Virus record (IMG/VR): IMGVR_UViG_3300016471_001002
Coordinates: 64,001-128,000 of that record
Direction: 5' to 3' (one strand)
Origin: a virus
Taxonomy: Duplodnaviria; Caudoviricetes
Length of the DNA: 64,000 bases
Positions 55,944 through 64,000 of this stretch are shown one piece after another. Position 1 is the first letter of the stretch; every line of letters starts with the position of its first letter. A program made the translations under genes and the position numbers. The notes below the pieces were generated by a model. The model was not told the origin of the DNA. It was given only the letters and a program-made list of their open reading frames with translations, and made no database searches.

Positions 55944-56891
55944 ATGTTATCGTTTGAGGCACTTTCCTGTGATCCTTTGCGATTAATTAAGCAAAAATTT
56001 GCAAAATCTCGCGTCTTTATACCACGTGTCATCGAAACGTTGGAAGGCGTCTTCTCAAGAGGCGGCTATGTGTCAGGAGGATCTGCTGCGATCGTTGGCA
56101 GATGGTTGTTTTCTGAATTGAGTTATGGTACTTTGCCAGAAGAAGGTCCAAGATTTAAAAATGATGATCCTCAAAACCGTGTAGAGGAATACCTCATTTT
56201 GCCATCTTTTAGAATCCCGAAGGATGCAGAAGATAGGCTTAAAAATCGTTTTTGGAAATCAGGGGCTGGAGATATTGACTTTTATTTTAAAAATGATTCA
56301 GATGCATCTGATGTCATCCAATTCCTCAACATGGAAGTGAAGAGGTATAAAGTCTCCAACTTGTATCCGTCAGGTGATGCTCCGACTTTGGCTGGATGGG
56401 GACGAGAATATTATTTTGGTAATGCCCTCGTACAAGCAATCACGAAAATTACAGGTGATCCGTGTCAAATACTTGAATCTTTTGACATTGTCAATGCGCA
56501 GTGTTATCTAGACAAGAGTGGATTTTACTACACAAATCGTTGGTTAGATTGCGAAAAGAGGGGCGAGCTAGAGATTTTTAGGGGCGATAAGGACAACCTA
56601 TTATGGAGAGTCTCAAAATGGGCCGTACGACACAACTTAAGAGTAACCAGCGATTCTCAAAAGATTCTATCACATGCAGCCGTCAATCTTGCTGAAAAGA
56701 TTCAATTAGGAGATGGTCCTGTGATGTGGAATCGACCGGTCGACATGAAACATTTACGTGGAAAGGTTAAAGAATTAATTTGGAGATGGGATGCAAGCAA
56801 TATTCTATTGGCATCTCTTATTTTAGATTCTTATGATCAACTTGATCTATTAGGGTTAATTTCTGAAAAGAGCAAGGAGAATGATGCGTAA
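55944..56891 (+). CDS. Nucleotidyltransferase-like protein (Pol beta / CCA-head-like)
   Basis: GYVSGGS..AGDIDFYF..ESFDIVNAQ. Confidence 0.5.
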   Translation: MLSFEALSCDPLRLIKQKFAKSRVFIPRVIETLEGVFSRGGYVSGGSAAIVGRWLFSELSYGTLPEEGPRFKNDDPQNRVEEYLILPSFRIPKDAEDRLKNRFWKSGAGDIDFYFKNDSDASDVIQFLNMEVKRYKVSNLYPSGDAPTLAGWGREYYFGNALVQAITKITGDPCQILESFDIVNAQCYLDKSGFYYTNRWLDCEKRGELEIFRGDKDNLLWRVSKWAVRHNLRVTSDSQKILSHAAVNLAEKIQLGDGPVMWNRPVDMKHLRGKVKELIWRWDASNILLASLILDSYDQLDLLGLISEKSKENDA

Positions 56892-57270
56892 TGTCATTGG
56901 AAAGAAAAAGACCAAAGCTATCTCGAAAGATGTTCAAAGATTTAAAGTAGGAGATTTGGTAAAGATAGTTGAAGATCCAAATAGTTTTGTGATCGGTGAG
57001 GGTCTCATTGACAGAATGGGTCTCATCGTAGAGTATGATTCAGAAAAAAACATTTATAGCGTTTTATTAGAAAACGGAAACAAATTTAGGATTTTGGATT
57101 TTATGTTGAAAAATGTAAAAAATATGAAAAAGCAAAAGAAACAGAAAAAGTTGGACGAAAGCGATTACACAAAAACGATTACGCACTGTCCAACTTGCGG
57201 AGTTGATCTAAATGGACCTGATTTTTGCAAATCGATAAATTGTGCTTGCGCTCCTAAAATTACGTGTTAA
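56881..57270 (+). CDS. KOW/SH3-like protein with C-terminal CxxC
   Basis: FKVGDLVKI..GLIV; CPTC..C...C.C. Confidence 0.55.
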   Translation: MMRNVIGKKKTKAISKDVQRFKVGDLVKIVEDPNSFVIGEGLIDRMGLIVEYDSEKNIYSVLLENGNKFRILDFMLKNVKNMKKQKKQKKLDESDYTKTITHCPTCGVDLNGPDFCKSINCACAPKITC

Positions 57271-58699
57271 TTATGGGAGATGCAATCAAGCTCTTCTTTA
57301 GAGAAAATATTTAAATGCGGACAGTTGATCACTACAAATTTTGAAGGTGATTACAGGTTAACGTATTGTAGAGTACCTCTAGAGAAAACCATTCCAAATA
57401 ATACTCGATTCTACTGTGGAGACATAGGTCTTATCGTTGAAACGTTAGATGTACCAGACTTATTTTATACGTCTGGATTCGCGATGATTTTAGTTCCACA
57501 AGGAAGAGGGTGGGTCCCTTTTGAGTGGTTAAAGTCGTTGAGTTAATATGTCGCCTGGGGATTTAGTACAAATTACATTAAGAGGAGTATGTTCCGATAA
57601 GTTTATAGGAATATTATTATCAATTTCTCTGGAGTCTCCCCACATTCCAAGGTATGATTCTCAGCAAAGTCGTCCTGGACCGATTTTTAATTTGAAAGTT
57701 TTGAAAATTGATGGAGAAATATGGGATTCTTGGATCGATCAAAATGATATTGTAGAAACTTTATTAAAAAATGAATTATGATTGATCAAAATGATGAAGA
57801 CCGGTGATCTTATCATCGTTATTTCTCACGAATGGGAAAAATCCCAACACGGTCGGCGAGGGTATTCTTCATATCCAAGAGTCCGTGGGTTTCATAAGTC
57901 AATCTACGTAGTACCAGACACGATCGGAATCATACTAGAAAAACGGAATGATTACTACAGGATAGCCTTCGACTCTAGAGAAGTTTGGATGAACATGGAC
58001 AAGGTGAAAAAGCTATAGGATCTCCGGTGGTGGTATGTCGTCGTCTCGTAGAAAAAACGTTGGTGATCTTGTGGTTCCAATCGGTACTTGGGACATTCTT
58101 CTCTTCGATGAAAATGCCGAACTTGGCTACACGATCCACTGGAAACCTGAACACGTGGCTCTCGTCATCGGTATGAAGACCCTCAACGATACCCAAGGAA
58201 GAACTAGGTTAATCGAGGTCCTCACCCCCAACGGTGCCGGATGGTGTTACCTATCGGAGGCTCAGAAGGTAAGATGAACCCCGGTGACCTCGTTAGAAAA
58301 ATCGATTGGAACGGTGAGTTGAATCCCCGGTTGTTAGGGATTCTTCTCGAGGTGAAGATCGATAAAAAGTTGTTGAAGAGCCCCTTTGGAGTTCCGTGGA
58401 TTTATAAAGTGGCATGGAACGATGGTATTATCAAGGAACACGAGATGGGTACCCTCCGCAGGGTTTCAGTCAGGTGAAACATGGAAATCACTTACCACGG
58501 GCACAACACCATAGAACTTAATCCTGGTGACCTAATCCGTTACCAGCTGGTTTCTGGTGTTTGGAACTACATGGGTACATTCATCGATGTTCTTCCACCC
58601 CTTCCTCACCGCGGAAACGTAAGATGGATTCGAGTCTTAACTCAGGACGGTTTGCAGAAGTTAAACACGGCCACCATTTTCAGGATGGAAAAGCAATGA

Positions 58700-58729
58700 G
58701 TGCAAAACCCGTCTTTCCTGTGGTATACT
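58700..58729 (+). promoter_or_regulatory. Putative early promoter
   Basis: GAGTGCAAAAC..., GTGCAA-N18-TATACT with TGG; ATG 58736. Confidence 0.7.
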
Positions 58730-60020
58730 GACCCTATGGATCTGAAGCCCGGTGACCTGGTTCGGCACAAGATCAACCGCGATTGGGTGGGTGTGGTGTT
58801 GGGACTCGCAGTGGACCCGAATTCTCGTAGGAAATTTACGAAGTACACCGCCTACCAGTTGAACTCCTACCGTGTTCTTCGCCTGGGATCTGAATCGACC
58901 CTCTTCGCTAGGTTTCACATCTCGTACTTGGAGGTCATTGGGTGATCAAACCGGGCGATCTGATTCGATTTACTTGGGCTCATCACCAGACGGCCATGGG
59001 TGTTGTTCTATCCATCCATCCACCGCCCAATTATCACAGTGGAATTGATTACACGATAGAGATCTTAGAGCCCGACGGCCGTAAGTTCGTTTATGATGTT
59101 TTTCGGGGTGGTGACCAACCGGAGGTCCTCAGTGAAGCCGGGTGATCTCATTCGTGGGAAGCAAGGCTTCTGGAAGGGCACCCCTCTGGTTGGTATCATC
59201 ATCAAGGAATCTGACCGTAGCAACACCTGGGGAGATGACAGGCACCAATGGTGGACGGTCCTGTGTGAGGGAGGTGTGGTTGTGGACGAGATTGAATCAC
59301 TGATGGAGGTCGTCGATGAAAACTCTTCAGGCAGGTGACCTTGTTCAGGTGGAACCGCATGCCAGTTGCAACGTGGATTGGGGTTCGGCCAAGAGGCATT
59401 TTAACACTGGTAAACAGCCCACCTTGGGAGTCCTGATCGAGAACAAACTCGAGTGGTACCATGTGATGATGAACGATGGTAGATCTGGGTGGATTTGGTT
59501 CCGTGAGGTGAAGCCGTTGTGAAGCCGGGTGATTACGTTTCTGTGACTCGTTATCACAATGGTTTCCGCATGGATGACCCACCTATAACCGGTCTCCTGG
59601 TGGAACGTTGCCCATTGATGCCCTTCGATTCCTTTAAAAGATCTTTCATAATTAAGATACTGGAAACAACAGGGGAATTAAGGGAAATATTTGTGGACAA
59701 TCGTGATGTCACGAAGGTGCTAATTGGAGCCTGAGTACAAGGTCGGTGACCTGGTCCGACTCAATGTGGTCAAGAAACCCTTGGGATTGACGGTCCTCGT
59801 GGACATCAGCGGTGATGTTTTTGCGATGGAGATGAACCGTGATGGTTTGATTCCCAAGATCGTGGGACGGTTTTTCAAGGGTGATGTCGGTGTTGTTCTC
59901 CAGATCGATGATGAAACCTTCATGACTCGGATTATCACCAAGTCAGGTTTGATAGGTTGGGGAAACACTTGGGATTTTATCCCGGTGCAAAACACCGGGG
60001 GATGATGATATTATAGAACC

Positions 60021-60218
60021 ATGAAGCTCGGTGACCTTCTCCTGGTGAATCCTGGAACTCATGTTCCGCCTGGTGGCCGATATTCCCAGGGTGTTGTTCT
60101 AACAAACCCTACCTCTCTGGGTTTTCTCACCATCGCGTGGCGGGATGGTAAGATCACAAGGGAATTTTTGGGTAATGTTTCCAAGTACTACACGGTGATC
60201 AACAGTGAAACCCGGTAA
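60021..60218 (+). CDS. KOW/SH3-like mini-protein, paralogue of 62280..62486
   Basis: GDLLLV.PG..VPPGGRYSQG.VL...AW.DGKIT shared. Confidence 0.7.
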   Translation: MKLGDLLLVNPGTHVPPGGRYSQGVVLTNPTSLGFLTIAWRDGKITREFLGNVSKYYTVINSETR

Positions 60219-60597
60219 ACTCGTTGTGTGGAGAGCTAGATTTCAAATGGATCTTCCTGGTGATATTGGGATCATCCTGGAACACATCCCCCATGAATCC
60301 CGTGGAAATGATCCGTTCCCCCACTGGAAGGTATTGTTTCCGGAACGCGGAGTTCTTCACTGCCGAGAATCGGATCTCCAGGAGGTTGAGTGAGAGTTGG
60401 TGATCTCGTTCTCTACACCAATCCCCAGAGGATGATCTCCCCCACACTCGGGATAATCACCGAGGAACACCACAACATCTCAATCGATCACCGTTTCTTC
60501 TCCGTTCTACTCCACAATGGTAGGAAACAAATCATCTCTGATCACTACCTCTCCCTCCCCGGTGAAAATCCACCGTAGGATGATTTAGGATAACATC

Positions 60598-60813
60598 ATG
60601 AAGAACAAAAGAGGGCATCACTACTTCATTTCCTCCACCAAATCAGGAAAGATTCTTGCCCAAAGCGGGGAGAAAGGTGATGTGGAGAAGTTCTCCGAAA
60701 CATGGATTCGAGAATCTCCCCATTATGATCCAGGTGATCCAATCATCATAGAGAAGGTTACCGTGGATTGGGATGGTTTCAAAACCTCAAAAAAGATCAT
60801 CAAGGAATATTGA
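60598..60813 (+). CDS. Small hypothetical protein (non-KOW member of the array)
   Basis: ORF track; SD AGGA. Confidence 0.55.
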   Translation: MKNKRGHHYFISSTKSGKILAQSGEKGDVEKFSETWIRESPHYDPGDPIIIEKVTVDWDGFKTSKKIIKEY

Positions 60814-60816
60814 ACA

Positions 60817-61068
60817 ATGCCGCTCTATAGAGTAACATTCCATACAGAAATCCTCATCGATGCCCGTGATGAACGTGAGGCCGAGAGGATTGGGGATAGA
60901 AACCTAGAATCCGAGGTTAGGAACTGTGGATCCGAGGTGTATCGGATTGAGGAATTGAATTCCGTGGATCAACTCCGAAGGGCAGAGAGGGGTTCCTTAC
61001 CTTGGAGAGCAACGGAGAGAAGAGGGGAACCTGAGCTACTGGTGGAAGAGATTCTGGGAGGAAAGTGA
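60817..61068 (+). CDS. Small hypothetical protein (non-KOW member of the array)
   Basis: MPLYRVTF..IDARDEREAE. Confidence 0.55.
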   Translation: MPLYRVTFHTEILIDARDEREAERIGDRNLESEVRNCGSEVYRIEELNSVDQLRRAERGSLPWRATERRGEPELLVEEILGGK

Positions 61069-61071
61069 ACC

Positions 61072-61437
61072 GTGGGTACAAACTATTATCTCCACCAAAA
61101 ATCAACCTCGATGTGTGAACACTGTGGGCATGACCCCGGTGCCAAGGTGTTACACATAGGAAAATCCTCCTATGGTTGGTGTTTCTCCCTTCACATCATT
61201 CCTGAGGAAGGTATCAATTCCTTGGATGATTGGAAGTTGGCCTGGGATAAACCTGACACCAAGATCCTCAATGAATATGATGAGGTTGTCCGGCCCGAGG
61301 ACATGTTGAAGATCATCACCACTCGTGGCCCTGGAAAATGGTCACCTGAGGGAATGGATCCACAGAGACATGATGGGGATCACTGTGTTGGGCATGGAAA
61401 TGAATCATATGATCTTATCATTGGGGAATTTAGTTGA
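61072..61437 (+). CDS. Phage hypothetical protein
   Basis: MGTNYY..CEHC..LHIGKSSYGWCFSLH. Confidence 0.6.
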   Translation: MGTNYYLHQKSTSMCEHCGHDPGAKVLHIGKSSYGWCFSLHIIPEEGINSLDDWKLAWDKPDTKILNEYDEVVRPEDMLKIITTRGPGKWSPEGMDPQRHDGDHCVGHGNESYDLIIGEFS

Positions 61438-61467
61438 GTGCAAAACACCGTGAGGGGATGATATACT
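61438..61467 (+). promoter_or_regulatory. Putative early promoter
   Basis: GAGTGCAAAAC..., GTGCAA-N18-TATACT with TGA; ATG 61474. Confidence 0.7.
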
Positions 61468-62279
61468 GGTAACATGGAGATCATCCGGGTACATGAACTT
61501 CAGGTTGGAAAACTGTACCGTTGGAATGAGTACATGGGTGATCAAGATGAGATCTTCATGGTGGTTGGAAACCCCATCGATGGAGTATCTCAGGATGTTC
61601 ACTATGTGGAAGTAATTTCCAGTAAGTTTTCCCACAATAAAATGATGGTTTTCTCCTCCGATCGATTCAACGAGGTGATGGAATGAAGCCCAGTTCCGGT
61701 ATGGTTCCAGGTGTTCTGGTTAGAAACCGTTGCTATATGCATTTTTATCTCACCGCGGAAAGTGTTAACCGTGGAATTCCGAAGGAAGGAATTCCTATGG
61801 ATTCCATCAGTACTGTTCTCACCCCGCCTAACGGAACCTGGATCAAGGTTCTGTGTGATGGTAAGATCGGCTGGGTTAACTGGACCCTGTGGCTTGAGGT
61901 GATCCAGTGAAACCAGGTGATCTGGTTAGGTTAACTCGTTTCGATGAGATACCTTTCATTGGTGTTTATCTCGGCCCATCCAATAGATTTGATGAGAAGA
62001 GACAACCTTATGAGGGGAGGTTCGTGTTGAACACCGGAATCATTAAAGATGTTGATTTCGGAAACCATTTGGTTTGGAACTTCGAGGTGATGAAGTGAAA
62101 CTATCTCTCGGTGATATGGTTTTCGTGAGGGATTCTCTCTTTGTTCCTCCAACAAAACCGTTAATCATCATTGATATCTACAAGGTAGGGCTTTCTTCGT
62201 ATCCCTACTTCGTGGTTGTGGATCCAAACACCGGTGAAAAGTTTACTTACCAGAAACACGATCTTTCGGAGGATCCTCT

Positions 62280-62486
62280 GTGAGTTTTTGTGTTGGTGAT
62301 TTACTCCTCGTGGCACCGGGTTCATATGTTCCACCGGGTGGAAGATATTCCCAGGGGATTGTTTTATCTGATCCTGATCCAGGTTTCCGTACCGTGTATG
62401 TGGCCTGGTATGATGGTAAGATCACCCAGGAATTGGTGAGTAACCTTTTGAAATCCTACGTGAGGATCACCAATGATTCTAGGTGA
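62280..62486 (+). CDS. KOW/SH3-like mini-protein, paralogue of 60021..60218
   Basis: Shared VPPGGRYSQG and DGKIT. Confidence 0.7.
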   Translation: MSFCVGDLLLVAPGSYVPPGGRYSQGIVLSDPDPGFRTVYVAWYDGKITQELVSNLLKSYVRITNDSR

Positions 62487-63304
62487 TCTTCTCCAGGCAA
62501 AGAGTAAAATCCAGGTTGGTGTGGTTCGGATCTACAGGGAGCCCCAATGTGATTCATGGGAAACACACACGATAAAGGGTGAAACATTCCTTCTATTGGA
62601 GGAACACAAGAATCAGTGGGGCCAGGATGTTTGTAAGGTTCTATTTCCCTGGGGAATCCGTTGGGTTTACCGGTTGGATGTGGAGGTGGTGGAATGAAAA
62701 GGGGAACCTTGGTTCGATTCAACGTTTCCATCTATTCTGATTGGGGTTTGGGGATTCTCCTCGGTGAGAAACCGATTGTGGATAGAGAAGGTAGGAATCA
62801 CCGTGGATTTTATGATGTTTTAACCCAGTGTGGAGTTAAACTAGTTTCCAGTGAATACTTTGAGAGGTTGAGTTGGGATGTTTAGCATTGGTGATTTGGT
62901 GAGGATGAAGAAAGTTTATAGTTCCACACCACTTTTTTCCACCTGGGGAAACAAGGAAGGTGGTGATAAACCCATTGGAACCATTCAACCAGGTGAGATC
63001 GGTGTTGTTCTTGAAACAACCCAACCTCGAGGTGGAAACGGGGCACGGATCATGGTATCCGGTGGGAAGATCGGTTGGGTTAATCTTATTTTCCTGGAGA
63101 ATGAAACATGAAACCTGGGGATCTTCTCAAATTCATCCATATTGTTGATCTAATGGATCCGATTTACCGTGAATCCGGGTGGAAGTTTGGGATCTACCTG
63201 GAGCACAAAAACATTAAGTTCAGTGGTGAAACCATAAAGGTTATCGATTCCGACGGGAAGATAAACCACTATCCTCAGGATTCATATCATTTCCAGGTGG
63301 TGGA

Positions 63305-63478
63305 ATGATTCCATCTCCAGGTGATTTGGTAAAAGTGAAAGGCTACAGAACAGATTCACTCGGGTTGATTATCGATATTCAAGGTGGAACTGGTTTGTAC
63401 CGGGTTTGGTTGCTCGGCCAACCTGATCTCTATAAGGTTTTCCGGTATTCCAAGGAGATGTTGGAGGTTGTGGGGTGA
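63305..63478 (+). CDS. KOW/SH3-like mini-protein (57 aa, not in the ORF track)
   Basis: MIPSPGDLVKVKG..GLIIDI..YRVW..LEVVG; fills the gap between coupled neighbours. Confidence 0.7.
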   Translation: MIPSPGDLVKVKGYRTDSLGLIIDIQGGTGLYRVWLLGQPDLYKVFRYSKEMLEVVG

Positions 63479-64000
63479 GAAACAATGATATCCCCAGTAT
63501 CAATCAGGTGGTACCTGGATCCCTGGTTATCCACCGTTACACCCCTGAGATCGGTGTGGTTCTCCGCGTTTCCTGGAACATGGTTGAGGTTCTACTTGGA
63601 AACTCCACCGTGAAGTGGGAGATGAATGGATTCAGAAGTACCTATAGGAATCTCCAGTGAGAATCGGTGATATGGTTCAACTCAGCCCCTCCCACAAGAG
63701 TTACGTTAACATGTATGAGGAGGATGATCTGAACCGAATAGAGAACGGTGAAAGGTTCTACCGGAATGATATAGGATTGGTTCTGGAGAGCCAAGGGAAC
63801 GGGGAATACATCCACTTCAAGGTTTTAACTCCCCGCGGGGCAATGGGGTGGATCCATAACTTCCACCTGGAGTTGGTGAGATGAAACCCGGAGATTTGGT
63901 TTTAATCTCCGCGGATTTTCTGGAACCACATGAACCCCGTGTGGGGATATTCTGGAGTGATAAGGTTCCACTGGATGAATGGGGAGATCAGGTTGCAGGT

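Larger units (their letters stand above)
57280..64000 (+). other. Array of about 30 translationally coupled 57-121 aa ORFs, most beginning (K/R/S)xGD(L/M)V (KOW/SH3-like)
   Basis: Starts at 57280, 57548, 57782, 58035, 58274, 58481, 58736, 58942, 59132, 59316, 59519, 59724, 60021, 60205, 60390, 60598, 60817, 61072, 61474, 61683, 61907, 62095, 62280, 62473, 62694, 62878, 63108, 63305, 63475, 63657, 63881 (last runs off the window). Confidence 0.85.

Noticed and set aside
34-63148. Numerous short antisense or overlapping ORFs in the track (e.g. 34..315, 1368..1823, 13300..13587, 28195..28725, 43991..44506, 59202..59582)
   Set aside because: They lie within well-supported genes on another frame or strand and lack RBS and recognisable motifs.
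1-64000. Bacterial chromosome or eukaryotic giant virus origin
   Set aside because: Housekeeping-like genes are isolated among phage-type ORFs and not in host operons; SD sites, coupled genes, sigma-type promoters, DnaE and NrdJ argue for a bacteriophage.
1-64000. tRNA, rRNA, tmRNA, group I/II introns, IS elements
   Set aside because: Intergenic gaps are mostly under 120 nt, and I saw no T-loop/cloverleaf, intron core or transposase motifs; a covariance-model scan was not run.

Overview
This window is a 64 kb slice of a large (jumbo-type) dsDNA bacteriophage genome: densely packed, mostly + strand, with Shine-Dalgarno sites, overlapping start/stop codons, intrinsic terminators and no rRNA, tRNA, CRISPR or transposase that I could see. 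It carries nucleotide metabolism genes (class II RNR, ThyX, Tmk, TK, dCMP deaminase, dUTPase/dCTPase-like, IMPDH/GMPR-like, PurA) and a probable hydroxymethylcytosine-glycosylation module (ThyA-fold enzyme with the dCMP-type Asp, a T4 beta-glucosyltransferase-like enzyme, two SDR epimerases, a second dNMP kinase). It also carries repair genes (PolX-like, 5'-3' exonuclease, MBD4-like glycosylase) and host-type genes (isocitrate lyase, SOD, Dps-like, Hsp20, ClpP, actin-like ATPase). The most striking locus is dnaE. It is split by a naturally split intein with a free-standing Vsr-like endonuclease between the halves. In addition, its 5' end is interrupted inside the PHP HxHS-x-FS-xxDG motif by a 42-nt stop-plus-perfect-hairpin insert flanked by Ser codons, a candidate programmed ribosomal bypass element that the ORF track misses. 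Other notable signals are a protein with a mirror-symmetric Cys/Trp repeat (predicted long disulfide-laddered beta-hairpin) and a terminal array of about 30 translationally coupled KOW/SH3-like mini-genes in strongly GpC-depleted DNA. All functional calls come from motif recognition by eye; no database search was run.
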